This document shows, one piece after another, positions 1 to 11,074 of a stretch of DNA of 64,000 nt. The notes below the pieces were generated by a model that was not told the DNA's origin, did not search any database, and was given only the letters and a program-made list of their open reading frames with translations. A program made the translations under genes and the position numbers. Each line of letters opens with the position of its first letter. The stretch's first letter is position 1. The DNA comes from Candidatus Uhrbacteria bacterium (lineage in GTDB: Bacteria; Patescibacteriota; Patescibacteriia; UBA9934). Location of the stretch: positions 6,226-70,225 of the forward strand of contig CAWGHH010000004.1 in assembly GCA_963822405.1 (NCBI GenBank), in the 5' to 3' direction.

Positions 1-401
1 CTGTAGACTGAGGCAAAACGAATATACGCTACCTTATCAAAAGTTTTTAAACGCTTCATGACGATCTCGCCTATCTCTGCACTAGTTAGCTCTCCCCCTC
101 TAATTTTTTGGATATCGCGCTCAATAGAATGCACCAAATGCTGCAGCTGAATATCCGTGTAAGGCCGCTTTTGCAAGGCCTGTTTAAGTCCGCTGATTAG
201 CTTTTCGCGCGAGTACGCTTCACGCTTGCCGTTCCGTTTCACTACAGTTACGTCGAGTAGCTCAATTTCTTCAACGGTGGAAAACCTAAAACCGCACTTC
301 TCTTTTTCGCATTCTCGACGACGCCTAACTCCCTGGCCATCAGACAGCAACCGCGAATCAACAACGCGGGTAGATTTAAAATTGCAGACAGGACAACGCA
401 T
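1..401 (-). CDS. nrdR: Transcriptional repressor NrdR (3' end runs off the window)
   Basis: Manual translation from ATG at 401: MRCPVCNFKSTRVVDSR...GVRRRRECEKEKCGFRFSTVE...VVKRNGKREAYSREKL...DKVAYIRFASVY (Zn ribbon plus ATP cone). Confidence 0.95.
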   Translation of the reverse strand, partial: MRCPVCNFKSTRVVDSRLLSDGQGVRRRRECEKEKCGFRFSTVEEIELLDVTVVKRNGKREAYSREKLISGLKQALQKRPYTDIQLQHLVHSIERDIQKIRGGELTSAEIGEIVMKRLKTFDKVAYIRFASVY

Positions 402-405
402 AGCC

Positions 406-1722
406 CTACATCATCTTCCGGCGAATAAACGCTGGAATACCAAACTCGCCGTCATCATCTTTAGAAGCAGATTGGGATTGCTGTGGTGGTGGCGTAGAAG
501 GAGAAACTCTATTCTGCTGAGAAACTGGAGAAGGATTGAATGTTGGAACTGAAGGTTCAGCGGGAGGTTCAGAAGGGGTAAATTGAGAAACTGGCCGTCT
601 GCCAAAGGGCGAAGGCATCTCTTGCTTCTGAACAGGCTCTGGTGGCGGATTAAATGGCGCAGGCGGTGGCGTATAGCGACGTACCGGCTCTTGCTCTGCT
701 TGAGGACGCCAACCGGATTTAGGAGCAATGCCGATCTCTCCGCCCAAACTAGGCGCACGACGGTGATCTCGACTATCAAAACCGGTAGCAATGACCGTGA
801 TTCGAACCTCGTCTCCGAGAGTATCATCCTGAATAATACCGAAAATAACTTTTGCGTCATCATCAGCTGAACCAGTGATGATCTTAGCCGCCTCCTGCAC
901 CTCAAACATAGTGACATCAGCTGAACCTGCCACAGTAAACAAAATACCTTTAGCGCCATCAATCGAAACTTCAAGTAGGGGGCTGGCAATAGCCTGCTTA
1001 GCCGCGTCAACGGCTCTTGATTCACCAGACGCCCGACCAATACCCATGAGCGCGCTCCCAGCATTCTGCATGATCGCCTTCACGTCAGCAAAGTCTACGT
1101 TGATTTGACCAGGCACGGTAATCATTTCGGCAATTCCCTGAACGCCCTGTCTTAGTACGTCATCAATAATTCTAAATGATTCAGCCCATGACGTTTTCTT
1201 ATCGATCACCTGTAACACTCGATCATTGGGAATAGTAATAATGGTGTCTACGTGTTGAGCGAGCTCAGCGTGAGCGTCCTCCGCAATCCGTCTACGCTGC
1301 GCACCCTCAAACGTAAACGGCTTAGTTACAACCGCCACCGTCAAAGCGCCGATCTCTTTAGCAATTTTTGCAATGGCCGGCACAGCACCAGATCCTGTTC
1401 CGCCACCAAGTCCAGCAGTTAAGAAAATCATGTCAGCTCCGGCCAGCGCATCCCGAATTTCATTTGCGTTTTCTTCAACTGCACGTCTGCCCATGTCAGG
1501 ATTCATTCCAGCGCCTAGACCGCGAGTCACCGTCTTACCAATTGGAATTTTTAACGAAGCAAGGCTACCGTGAAGTGCTTGGGCATCCGTGTTTACCGCT
1601 AAAAACTCAATACCACGGATTTTCTCCGTGATCATACGATTAATGGCCGAGCCTCCCCCTCCCCCTACTCCGACCACTTTAATTTTGGCACAAGTTTCTA
1701 TTTCTGGCTTAAACTCGGCCAT
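406..1722 (-). CDS. ftsZ: Cell division protein FtsZ
   Basis: GGGTGSG tubulin motif, NTDAQAL, INVDFADV, C-terminal IPAFIRR. Confidence 0.98.
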   Translation of the reverse strand: MAEFKPEIETCAKIKVVGVGGGGGSAINRMITEKIRGIEFLAVNTDAQALHGSLASLKIPIGKTVTRGLGAGMNPDMGRRAVEENANEIRDALAGADMIFLTAGLGGGTGSGAVPAIAKIAKEIGALTVAVVTKPFTFEGAQRRRIAEDAHAELAQHVDTIITIPNDRVLQVIDKKTSWAESFRIIDDVLRQGVQGIAEMITVPGQINVDFADVKAIMQNAGSALMGIGRASGESRAVDAAKQAIASPLLEVSIDGAKGILFTVAGSADVTMFEVQEAAKIITGSADDDAKVIFGIIQDDTLGDEVRITVIATGFDSRDHRRAPSLGGEIGIAPKSGWRPQAEQEPVRRYTPPPAPFNPPPEPVQKQEMPSPFGRRPVSQFTPSEPPAEPSVPTFNPSPVSQQNRVSPSTPPPQQSQSASKDDDGEFGIPAFIRRKMM

Positions 1723-1804
1723 ACGCGGTAGATGTTGAACACCAAGTGTGTTCAGGCTATTCCTTCAATGAATACGTTTTGTATTCTACCGTATAGTACA
1801 CCAT

Positions 1805-3064
1805 CTAAGGAATCAAGGATTTCATCCACTTTCTGAGTTGGCCGGCCACTTTATCCATGCTTTTCAAAGGAATCATCTTCCCGAAGTCAAACTTGCCCCC
1901 GGATACCTGTCTAATGCCGTACCCCCAGGATGCCAAGCCTATAGCCGTAGCAAAAGCCGGATCCTGGACTTCATCAATCACGCTCGTCACGCTCACCGGG
2001 GTACCAACCGCACAAGGAAGTCTGAGCGTTCTCTTAGCTACTTCTATTGCCCCCGGCGTTTTCATCACTCCTCCAGTGAAAACTACGCCGACCGGTAGCA
2101 TTCCAGAACGATCGATTTTTCTCAGCTCGTTATCAATAGCCTCAAAAATCTCTTCCATTCTGGCCTCAATTATTTCCGCTACAAATTTAATCTTCACCTC
2201 ATCATCAGCCTCGGCCCCAAAATCACGTAAAATAAATTGTTCTTTCCTATCTACCGAATCAGGTAATGCGTTTCCGTAGGTAACTTTTACTTGCTCGGCT
2301 ATATCAATAGAAGTTCGCAAGCCAATAGCGATATCATTTGTCACATGATCTCCACCAAGCGGAAGGACGGCCGTGTGCAGTAAATCCCCTTCTTCAAAAA
2401 CAGCCAATGAAGTGGTGGCCGAACCAACAGTCACCAAACACACTCCAAGCTCCTTTTGCCGCTGTGTAAGCACTGCTTCCGCGGTAGCAAGAGGAGCGTA
2501 GACCAAATCTTCAATATCCAACCCCGTGCGATAAACACACTTGGTCAAATTCTTCATGTGCGAATTAAGCGCCTCGATAATTACCGCGTCGACTTCAAGA
2601 CGAATACCTGACATGCCAACTGGATCCTTAATCCCCCGCTGACCGTCAACCGCAAAGCCCTTAGGAATCACGTGCAAAATTTCGTAATTTGACGGAACGG
2701 CAACAGTTCTAGCCGCTTCCATGGAACGTTCAACATCACCCTCGGAAATTTCACCCTCTGGACGAGCCACAGCCACTGCGCCACGACTTTCCTGGACCAA
2801 AATGCTCTGCCCAGCAATAGATACCCAAACATTATTCACCCCAATTCCAGTCATGCGTTCTGACTTTTCAAGGGCTTTGGAAACAGCCGAAACAGCGTCC
2901 TCCATACTAGAAACAGCACCGCGGTGCATGCCCGCAGACGGTGAAGAAACCGCTCCTACAACGTGTAGGGCCGGTTTGCCATCTTCTCCTGGGGAAACCT
3001 TACAAATAGCAATACGAATGGAGGAGGTTCCGATGTCCAAGCCCGTGATAATCTCATCGGCCAT
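1805..3064 (-). CDS. ftsA: Cell division protein FtsA
   Basis: GLDIGTSSI, GGDHVTNDIAIGLRT, upstream of ftsZ. Confidence 0.96.
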   Translation of the reverse strand: MADEIITGLDIGTSSIRIAICKVSPGEDGKPALHVVGAVSSPSAGMHRGAVSSMEDAVSAVSKALEKSERMTGIGVNNVWVSIAGQSILVQESRGAVAVARPEGEISEGDVERSMEAARTVAVPSNYEILHVIPKGFAVDGQRGIKDPVGMSGIRLEVDAVIIEALNSHMKNLTKCVYRTGLDIEDLVYAPLATAEAVLTQRQKELGVCLVTVGSATTSLAVFEEGDLLHTAVLPLGGDHVTNDIAIGLRTSIDIAEQVKVTYGNALPDSVDRKEQFILRDFGAEADDEVKIKFVAEIIEARMEEIFEAIDNELRKIDRSGMLPVGVVFTGGVMKTPGAIEVAKRTLRLPCAVGTPVSVTSVIDEVQDPAFATAIGLASWGYGIRQVSGGKFDFGKMIPLKSMDKVAGQLRKWMKSLIP

Positions 3065-3095
3065 AGCCAAAAAATGGAAGCGTACTGGAGCGTGC

Positions 3096-3488
3096 TTAGA
3101 GCTTACAGTAATGAATTATAGCACAGACTTTTTCCAAGACTGGGAGATACAAAATAGCTATCCCAACAATGAGTGCCGTCAAAGCGGTTATCAGGACCGC
3201 CCCCGCCATCATATCCTTCACATCCTTCACCATTGGACTTAATCGAGGCTGAACCGCGTCAGCTACTCGCTCAATAATGCTGTTAATAATTTCAAGGACG
3301 AGAACTGCCGAACAAAGAAGAATAAGCAAAATACGTTGCCAGGCAGCCAAGTCAAGAGTCAGCATCAGGACCACGACCACGAACGTTGCCAACACCTGGA
3401 TACGGAAGCTCTGCTCCGAATGAAAAAGCTCAGCCAAACCCTGGAGAGCGTGGCGCAGACTCCTAAAAAATGAGCGGGGTGAAATCAT
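3096..3488 (-). CDS. dgkA: Diacylglycerol/undecaprenol kinase family protein
   Basis: LEIINSIIERVAD...KDMMAGAVL, three TM helices, coupled to ybeY. Confidence 0.88.
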   Translation of the reverse strand: MISPRSFFRSLRHALQGLAELFHSEQSFRIQVLATFVVVVLMLTLDLAAWQRILLILLCSAVLVLEIINSIIERVADAVQPRLSPMVKDVKDMMAGAVLITALTALIVGIAILYLPVLEKVCAIIHYCKL

Positions 3489-3910
3489 AGGACAGTGGCC
3501 ACAATTTTATCTTGTAAAGGAAACATCTCATCAGCGTCTTCCGCCTTTTCATGATCGTAACCGAGCACGTGAAGGATCCCGTGAACCAAGAGATCTGTCA
3601 GTTCAAGTTCAAGATCTTCATCCTCCGCCTGTCTAACTGCCTGTGGAAACGAAATAATGACATCGCCAAGATACCCAGACCTATCCCCGTCCGGCGAACC
3701 GAACGATAAAACATCCGTAATCTTATCCTTCTTTCTATACATCCTGTTTAGTCGACGAATCTCGGCATCGTCAACAAAACTTATAGAAACTATTCCTGTT
3801 GTTTCTTCTCGCAAGGCAACGTCAAGTGCCTTAGCAATCTTAAGAAGTGCGGCCTTAGTAAACCGGCTTCCCTTTGGCACTAAATCTTGTTGGCAATCAA
3901 ACGTGATCAT
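3485..3910 (-). CDS. ybeY: rRNA maturation endoribonuclease YbeY
   Basis: LNRMYRKKDKITDVLSF and HGILHVLGYDH. Confidence 0.96.
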   Translation of the reverse strand: MITFDCQQDLVPKGSRFTKAALLKIAKALDVALREETTGIVSISFVDDAEIRRLNRMYRKKDKITDVLSFGSPDGDRSGYLGDVIISFPQAVRQAEDEDLELELTDLLVHGILHVLGYDHEKAEDADEMFPLQDKIVATVL

Positions 3911-4884
3911 GGGAGAAGATTTAAACCATTGAGCATCATCTGGAAGGTGGTCAGGAATTCAATGGTTTTTTCATCCCCAAGGTCATAAGTCAAAGTAAAT
4001 ACATTACTACCTCCGTCAACATAAGCAATCCGCTGATCCCGACGAGCCATTGCTAGCAAACCCTCAGTGGTATATGTGGTCTCTAGTTGTTGAGAATTTT
4101 CGTTCGGCACGTTTTGCTGATACCAAGTTTCTAAACTCTGCGTGGAATCTTTTGGTGTAACAGTAATAATAATAGCGGCAGTAGTTGGAGAACGGAAAGT
4201 TACCTTAGCAGTTGTCGAGTCTGCTACTGGCGTCCAAGCAGACGGGTAATAAATAGTAAACGGCAGATCGGTGCCCTGGAATACTCGAACCGCGCCGGTA
4301 TCGAGCAGTGTCAACGGAGCGGGACCGTTCGGATTGTACCGGTGGAATACCTCATTCCCGTCCAAGAACGTATCGCCATCTGTATCTGGATTTCGGTAAT
4401 CTGTCCCGTATAAAAGTTCCTCAATATCAGTCAAACCATCCGAGTCAGTATCCTTACCAGGCTGAGGCTCTAAAACCACCGGAATCGGTGTCGGAGTTGG
4501 TTCAGGAATTGGTTCAGGAACAGGTGTCGGAGCAACTACCGGGACCGGCATGAAGTAGAGATAATAAACCGTTCCCGCGCTGCCAAGTGCCAGGACAAAA
4601 AGAAGCAGAAATAAGAAAAGTAATACTCTAAACTTCTTTTTTGGCGGTGGAGTTATCGTGGCGGGCTTTGGAGGAATTGGTGCTGGGGCAACTACCGGCA
4701 GAGGGATTGGAGCGGGTACAGGTACCGGCACTGGAATTGGCACCACGGAGCCCGGCACGGGCACCGTGGACGACAAAGCCTTCCCCACAAACTCTTTTGG
4801 CATGACATGAATAACCATGTCGTCAGTTTTTATTGACGGCACCAAATTGCTTGTAGGTTGCTGTTCCTCTTTTTTTCCGAACAT
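3907..4884 (-). CDS. Membrane-anchored protein with Pro-rich linker and bacterial TSP3-like Ca-binding repeats
   Basis: Single TM segment; DTDSDGLTD and PDTDGDTFLDGNE repeats. Confidence 0.8.
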   Translation of the reverse strand: MFGKKEEQQPTSNLVPSIKTDDMVIHVMPKEFVGKALSSTVPVPGSVVPIPVPVPVPAPIPLPVVAPAPIPPKPATITPPPKKKFRVLLFLFLLLFVLALGSAGTVYYLYFMPVPVVAPTPVPEPIPEPTPTPIPVVLEPQPGKDTDSDGLTDIEELLYGTDYRNPDTDGDTFLDGNEVFHRYNPNGPAPLTLLDTGAVRVFQGTDLPFTIYYPSAWTPVADSTTAKVTFRSPTTAAIIITVTPKDSTQSLETWYQQNVPNENSQQLETTYTTEGLLAMARRDQRIAYVDGGSNVFTLTYDLGDEKTIEFLTTFQMMLNGLNLLP

Positions 4885-4887
4885 ATT

Positions 4888-5598
4888 TTACGGAGTAGTT
4901 GGTATCTGCAAAAGCTTTCCTGGTCCATTTGGGTTATAGCCGCCCTGAACTTCGGCTCCGTCTAAGAATCCATCGCCGTCAGTATCTGTTCGGAGAGGAT
5001 CAGTACCGTACACTTTGACCTCCTCCCTATCACCAAGGCCGTCTCCGTCCGTATCCGGATTTGTAGACGAAGTTCCAGCTGACAGCTCATCAGCGTTATT
5101 CAATCCGTCGCCGTCACTATCAAGGAATGTTGGATTCAAGTTAGGTGGCGTCAATGTTTCAACTGTTCCAGGAACAGCGGGAACCACAGGCGTTGGAGTT
5201 GCTACCGGAGTCTCAACTGGCGGTACAACCGCCGGGGTCTCCGGAGTTACTACTGGCGCCTGCGTAACAACTGGCGCAACACTAACGCTCATGATCGGCT
5301 TGATCATCAGCGCGTAAGCAGCATATGCGCCCCCAGCAACAACCACTATAGCGACAATGATAATAACAATGTTACGAACTAAATTGGGATGTGGCGTAGA
5401 TTCTGAACCCCCTCCGACTCCCCCTGAAAGGGGGAGAGGCGACGCCACAGACTGCGTCGCAGTAGCCACCGGAGCCACAGCTGGTGCCAACTTTGGCGGA
5501 GGCGCAATAGAAGCGCGCTCAACAATACTTGGCTGAGCAGGTACTGCTGGTGGCTTATCCGTGCCAGCAAAAATGTCTTGTGGTTCTTGTTCGAACAT
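4888..5598 (-). CDS. Membrane-anchored protein with TSP3-like repeats
   Basis: TM segment; DSDGDGL, DTDGDGL, DTDGDGFLDGAE. Confidence 0.8.
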   Translation of the reverse strand: MFEQEPQDIFAGTDKPPAVPAQPSIVERASIAPPPKLAPAVAPVATATQSVASPLPLSGGVGGGSESTPHPNLVRNIVIIIVAIVVVAGGAYAAYALMIKPIMSVSVAPVVTQAPVVTPETPAVVPPVETPVATPTPVVPAVPGTVETLTPPNLNPTFLDSDGDGLNNADELSAGTSSTNPDTDGDGLGDREEVKVYGTDPLRTDTDGDGFLDGAEVQGGYNPNGPGKLLQIPTTP

Positions 5599-5619
5599 AG
5601 TGTGAAGAATATAAAACTC

Positions 5620-6468
5620 TTATTTCTTTAATGGATCGTGTCCGCTCGCCACCTCCGCCCCATCAGTATACCCGTCACCATCGGTGTCGGGATTTTGGTC
5701 AGAGGTTCCAAGGACGTGCTCTTCAGCTAATGTTAAACCGTCACCGTCAGCATCAGTAGCATTAAAGATATCGTGACAGCCAGCTATAGCATCCGACGGA
5801 AGTGCATCACAGGATGCGGGATTACCGGTAGCTATAGCCGTGTCGAGCAACTTTTTAGCATCACAGAATTCTATAGGCACACCATGACTGGCGCAATCAC
5901 CCAACCTGGCAGCGACCGAGCTAATCACTCCCCTACACGACGCGAGAAGAGTCGAGTCCGAGATAGCATCACACGCTTTGTAGTCTATTTTTGCCGATGC
6001 CATTACCAGTGTAGCGCCATCCGAACAGGCTTGCTTTTCTGCACCCGACAAGACGTCGCAAATCAGAGGGTCTGCATTGTCGGTCGCGATCAATGCCACG
6101 CAATTAGCATATTCACCGTCCGCTAAGCCCTTGCAGCCGTCAACAAATCCAACCTGTCGAGCAGCTCCAGATTGAGAAGTTCCGTTAGCTACCATCTCCT
6201 GCACGGCCGCTGTTTTTTCAACTATCACTTTTTTGGCTGCTGAGCTAGAACGAAGTGCGTTCGCCGCGAATACAACAACAAGCCCAACAACGACCATCAA
6301 TCCCAAAGCAGAAACCGCCATTATTACTAACTGTCGCTTCTTATACCAAGGAGTAAGCTTTGGAGTTGTCTCTTCAGGTGAAAGCGAATAGAACACCGGC
6401 TGAGCGACTGGTGGCTGAACGGGAGGTGTAGAGACAACCTGTGGCTGTTGGGGCGTCAGTTCTTCCAT
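5620..6468 (-). CDS. Membrane-anchored Cys-rich protein with TSP3-like repeats
   Basis: TM segment, spaced Cys pairs, DADGDGL and [12 protein letters not shown]. Confidence 0.78.
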   Translation of the reverse strand: MEELTPQQPQVVSTPPVQPPVAQPVFYSLSPEETTPKLTPWYKKRQLVIMAVSALGLMVVVGLVVVFAANALRSSSAAKKVIVEKTAAVQEMVANGTSQSGAARQVGFVDGCKGLADGEYANCVALIATDNADPLICDVLSGAEKQACSDGATLVMASAKIDYKACDAISDSTLLASCRGVISSVAARLGDCASHGVPIEFCDAKKLLDTAIATGNPASCDALPSDAIAGCHDIFNATDADGDGLTLAEEHVLGTSDQNPDTDGDGYTDGAEVASGHDPLKK

Positions 6469-6469
6469 A

Positions 6470-9400
6470 CTACGGTGAACAATAGTTGATCTTCACGTCA
6501 GAAAGCTTCACCTGTCCAGTACCTCTAAAAGTAACCTGGATCGGAATCTGCTTAGTGGTCGAACCATCACACTTAAAGCCAGAAGGCCAAGGCAATGTCT
6601 GACTAGAACCACCACGAAGTGCCACCGAATCTTGGTGAGCACCAGCAGAATCTGTGCTTAATAATCGGACGGTCACGCCAACAATTGAATTAATTACTCT
6701 TTCGTACGCGGTTCTGAGCTCTACCGCAGTATTTGCAGCGTAAGAATAATCGATACCTGTAGAACTACTATATTCGGTGCCCGTATTGCTCGACCACTGG
6801 TTCATGTGCGAAATAAATTTAGAACTAGAAGACAGCGCGATCGTATAAAGCTCGTAATCATCAAGCTTATCCGCTTGAGTATTTGCCCCCTTTAATGACC
6901 AAGAGGAAGTATTGGCGTTACAATCCCCACTCGTATAAGCGTTTCCAAGACTATCCATTCCACAAAATCCTGATGTAGTTGGGGTAGGCGCTACATCAGA
7001 CAAGAGAACAACTATTTTTCTCACGGTTGGAGAAAGTGGCGAAGTGACAGTGTCAAGTAAAGTTTTCGCCGCCAATAGACCCTGACCAATATCTGAACCG
7101 CTAATTACCGTGTAACCGTTTATTCTGGTTGTCAAAGTTGATTCACCTGTTTGATCAAGCATAGCTGACTGAGAGGTCGTATCGCCGAATTCAACTAATC
7201 CAACGTGCGCCTTAGCCGCCAACTCGCTAAAAAGAGTTGACACCGAACCCTTGAGAGAATCCTGCGTGGAACTTAACTTAGTGGTAGTCGTACCGCCAAA
7301 CACACTTCCCATCGAAGCCGCGCGAGTCGTCACAAAAACCACATACGCGTCAGGAAAAACAATATTGTCCAGAGATATACTACCAGAGAACCTTCCTGAA
7401 ACCGTACATGCAGGAACAGTGATGATGGTTGCGTTTGGTAAAGTTGAGGTCGAAGCTGCATCGTATGAATATAAATCTACACTCGAGCTTGGACGAGAAC
7501 CGGGCTGATTAGCTGTCATGAGTAGACTCGAATCAGAAAGTGATAATGGACAAGAGGAAGCGCATGATGCTGAACATTTAGGCTTCACACATTCGTAACT
7601 GAGACCAGCGGACTGGTCCTCACAATCAGCAACGTCTCCATAATAATGAGATAAAGTGATGTAGCTAGCCGTACACTTCTTTCCATTTCTCGGACCTCCG
7701 TTACAAACGCCGACATCGCTGCAAGTCGAACCGGCATCCACGACCGTAGTTGTCACGCTAGAAGACCTGATTAAGAGACATTTTGTCGGAGTCTTTGGCA
7801 ATGTTCCAGTGAACGCAGGACAGAATTCGCCAAAACTATTGCAGGAAGAATTGCCACCATCAAGATTATAGGCCGCGCATACAAATTGATTATTGCTGTT
7901 TTGTACACACTTGACCTTACCGCCAGCATTTTTGATAGCACCTGTAGCTTGACCGCAACTAGTGTCACCAAAGCCACTGCAAGTTTGTGTTGTAGCTATG
8001 CCACAGTCAAACGAATCACTAACCGTTGTAACTTGATGAGAGCTAGTTATCAGCTGCTGACCCAATGAGCTACAAGTGCCTGAAGTCGTATCTGTTTCTG
8101 CGTCGTAGAAGGTGTAGGGAACGTCAGTACCGTCGCAATATTCAGTCCCGTTCTTCACGCCGTCGCCACAGAAAGCGCCAGATGAAACCACATTTCGACA
8201 AGTAGTCGAACAGGCGCTACAGGTTGAGCCGTAAGACGAACTGCATGATCCGCCGTTTTGTACGCCAAGGTCACATTCTTCGGCAACTGGGTTCAAGGCA
8301 CCGTCGCCACAGACGTTCAACTTACAAGAAGAGGTACAGGCATCAGTGTCGTTCAAATTTCCATCGTCGCAGGTTTCGGCTCCCTCAATTTTTCCGTTTC
8401 CACAGGAAGGAAGATTAGTAGCGGAACAGTCAGTCGAAACGGTTGATAGCTGACAGGTTCCCGAACAAGTCTGGAACTTACTTGTAGGGTACATCTGAAC
8501 ACTGCACTTACCGCTCGTGCCACACATGCTATCTATAGTACAAATTTTTCCAAGTTTATCTATATCTCCTTTTTCACAAACCCGAGACGGCACGCACAGT
8601 GCGTCGGAAATGATTTTAACCTCTCCAACCTCACACTGTTCGTCGCTGTCTAGGTGCTTGTCGCCACAGTAAGGTGCAGGTCCAGAGCAATCCCAAGCAC
8701 AAGAAGTAGTGGCGTTAGATTGATAGACGCCATTTATTGCGCCACACGTTCCACCGCCAAAAGCTCTTCGGCCAACAAGAGGCGGCGTATTTCCACAGTC
8801 ACACTTTTCACTACCGGCCAACGAACCATCGCCGCAAGAAAAGCCGCTAGCCCTGGTACAATCCGCACCACAGAATCCATATGAGCCGTTCTTTGAACCA
8901 TCATCGCACTGCTCTATACCGTCCTTCACACCGTTACCACAAGTAGCGGCAACACAAGCTGCCTGCGTGTTATCCACAAAACCAGTACAAGAAGAATTAC
9001 AAATCTGTTTCCGGAAACCATCCATTATTCCGTCAGCGTTCCCGTCACAGGCCACTTCAGTCCCGCCAATCGAACCAACCTCGCAAACTTCTCCAGAACC
9101 AATTACGCCATCGCCACAGGTTGTCGAAGTGCCGAGAACCGTGTTCTGACAAACGTCGCCGGTGCTGAATCCACCAGTCGAACTATTTGCTCGACCAACA
9201 GTGATCTGCACGCCGTCTTGCAAGCCATCAGCATCAATCGAATTCGCCCAAGCCCCAGCAAATTCTAGATCAGCGTTAATCAACGTCGAGCTGTTTCCGT
9301 TCGCCAAGTACTGATAAACATGAGAACCAGCTGGACAAGTGTATGTGCCTTTAGTGGTGTCTACGCAAGTTGTCTTGTCATAACTAACAAGCGAGCTACC

Positions 9401-11074
9401 AACAACTCCACAGCCCGCAAAAGAATTCAATGGATCGGCCGGTAATTCTTTTGTACCAAGCGCACCACCAAGTATATCTGCCCAGCTTGGCCAAGTACTA
9501 GCGGCTACGTTTCTGACAAATGTACCAGCGGCTAATTCAGGAACGATTGGCGAACAGGATTCACCAAGCGGACATTCGGCACTTGTAGAACAAAGCTTTG
9601 AACGCGTTCCCGAGCAAACGCTATTTTCAGTGCTATAAGTTTTTACAGCCGAACGAATATCCGTCAGATCAGACAGGCGACGTACATCACGACGCACCTT
9701 TGCCTTAGTAGAAAGACAAACCGCACCAGGAGCGGCCGAAACACAATCAGCATCTGACGAACAGGTCTTATCCGTCAATGTTCCGTTAGCCAAACAGACT
9801 GTGTCATTTCCAAGATCTATGGCAAAGGAAATATTTCCAAGCATTAAATCAAATATTTTTTGAGCCGAGGCACTTGCTCCGTCGTTATACGATAAAACGT
9901 AAATATTGGAGTATAGCTTTCCGCCGCTATAATTAGAGGCTGAGACATAAACTGTTCGACCATCACGAACTGCCTCAAAACCGTCTACAGTTGTGTTTAC
10001 CGGACTACCCTTGAAGTTCTGCGCGTCATACCAAGCACGCGGCGAAAGGTAGCCAGGGTTGCTGACAATTCTTACGCCAATAGCATCACCAGAGTTATCA
10101 CCGATTTCAAACAAATACTGCTTAAGAATGTTCGTCGTTCCGCCTACTGGTGCCCGAACCGGCGTCACCGAAGGCAAGTCGTCAGTCAGGCCGACAGCTC
10201 CCTGATCTCGACAGAAATACGTAGAGAAATTCATCCAGCCATTTCCCTCTGAAGCCAATCCTTGAGCTCCACCAGTAGCATTGTCCTGCCATGGGAATTT
10301 AGACAATGTTGGCCAAGGATTTTCACAAAGAAGGGCCGTAACCTGAGCCGATCCCTTAGTCTTTTTATCTTTTGTTCCGCCAAGTGTATCCGCAGTGATA
10401 ATGGCCTCGGCCAGAATAGTTGTCTGACCGTTCTTACCAACAGTAGCGATACTCGCGGTGCTGTGATCAACACTGCTCTGTAGGGCAGTAAATAAAGCAG
10501 CATCACCGCTCACCCACTTGTCATAATCCCAAGCGTACACGTTTACAATCGGCACAATTTCTTGCGGGCCAGTAGCGGAATGAGAAACCGCCTTCGCTAC
10601 AAAGTTATGCATCTGATCTCCACGAGTAAAGAGATATGGACTGGTTTTATCAGTGTCTGAAATCTGAACCGCATCGAGAGCACAAAGTGATGGGCCAGTA
10701 GTGAAAGTAGAGGAAGTGACACCGCCCAAAGCAACGCCAGATGCCGCAGCTATTCCGGTTACTGACGAGTCGTTCACGTTCGTGTCACCCTCGACGACTA
10801 AGGTGTACTTAGCATTTGGCTCAAGTGCTTTTGCGTACTTCAAGTAAACTTTGTAAGTGCCATCATCCTGTGCAACCTGCGAGTATCCAGTCACCGGCAA
10901 CAAACACTTGGCGCCAACATTCGGCGCAGCTGAGGCAGACGCGCCCATGAAGAACCGAACGATCGAGTTTTTGACTAACGCGAAGAATCCCTTTGGATCA
11001 TGCGAAAGGGCAACCTGATAGCCACTTGGGCAAGTCATGTTCGGAGATACTGGTTCGAGCTGGCCCAGGACCAA
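6470..11074 (-). CDS. C-terminal part of a giant surface protein (Cys-rich CGDG/CGNG repeats, pseudopilin-like helix, vWA-like C-terminal domain); probably continuous with 10998-16136
   Basis: No convincing start; overlaps the upstream ORF in another frame; [15 protein letters not shown] repeats, [20 protein letters not shown]...KIVVLLSD. Confidence 0.75.
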   Translation of the reverse strand: MVLGQLEPVSPNMTCPSGYQVALSHDPKGFFALVKNSIVRFFMGASASAAPNVGAKCLLPVTGYSQVAQDDGTYKVYLKYAKALEPNAKYTLVVEGDTNVNDSSVTGIAAASGVALGGVTSSTFTTGPSLCALDAVQISDTDKTSPYLFTRGDQMHNFVAKAVSHSATGPQEIVPIVNVYAWDYDKWVSGDAALFTALQSSVDHSTASIATVGKNGQTTILAEAIITADTLGGTKDKKTKGSAQVTALLCENPWPTLSKFPWQDNATGGAQGLASEGNGWMNFSTYFCRDQGAVGLTDDLPSVTPVRAPVGGTTNILKQYLFEIGDNSGDAIGVRIVSNPGYLSPRAWYDAQNFKGSPVNTTVDGFEAVRDGRTVYVSASNYSGGKLYSNIYVLSYNDGASASAQKIFDLMLGNISFAIDLGNDTVCLANGTLTDKTCSSDADCVSAAPGAVCLSTKAKVRRDVRRLSDLTDIRSAVKTYSTENSVCSGTRSKLCSTSAECPLGESCSPIVPELAAGTFVRNVAASTWPSWADILGGALGTKELPADPLNSFAGCGVVGSSLVSYDKTTCVDTTKGTYTCPAGSHVYQYLANGNSSTLINADLEFAGAWANSIDADGLQDGVQITVGRANSSTGGFSTGDVCQNTVLGTSTTCGDGVIGSGEVCEVGSIGGTEVACDGNADGIMDGFRKQICNSSCTGFVDNTQAACVAATCGNGVKDGIEQCDDGSKNGSYGFCGADCTRASGFSCGDGSLAGSEKCDCGNTPPLVGRRAFGGGTCGAINGVYQSNATTSCAWDCSGPAPYCGDKHLDSDEQCEVGEVKIISDALCVPSRVCEKGDIDKLGKICTIDSMCGTSGKCSVQMYPTSKFQTCSGTCQLSTVSTDCSATNLPSCGNGKIEGAETCDDGNLNDTDACTSSCKLNVCGDGALNPVAEECDLGVQNGGSCSSSYGSTCSACSTTCRNVVSSGAFCGDGVKNGTEYCDGTDVPYTFYDAETDTTSGTCSSLGQQLITSSHQVTTVSDSFDCGIATTQTCSGFGDTSCGQATGAIKNAGGKVKCVQNSNNQFVCAAYNLDGGNSSCNSFGEFCPAFTGTLPKTPTKCLLIRSSSVTTTVVDAGSTCSDVGVCNGGPRNGKKCTASYITLSHYYGDVADCEDQSAGLSYECVKPKCSASCASSCPLSLSDSSLLMTANQPGSRPSSSVDLYSYDAASTSTLPNATIITVPACTVSGRFSGSISLDNIVFPDAYVVFVTTRAASMGSVFGGTTTTKLSSTQDSLKGSVSTLFSELAAKAHVGLVEFGDTTSQSAMLDQTGESTLTTRINGYTVISGSDIGQGLLAAKTLLDTVTSPLSPTVRKIVVLLSDVAPTPTTSGFCGMDSLGNAYTSGDCNANTSSWSLKGANTQADKLDDYELYTIALSSSSKFISHMNQWSSNTGTEYSSSTGIDYSYAANTAVELRTAYERVINSIVGVTVRLLSTDSAGAHQDSVALRGGSSQTLPWPSGFKCDGSTTKQIPIQVTFRGTGQVKLSDVKINYCSP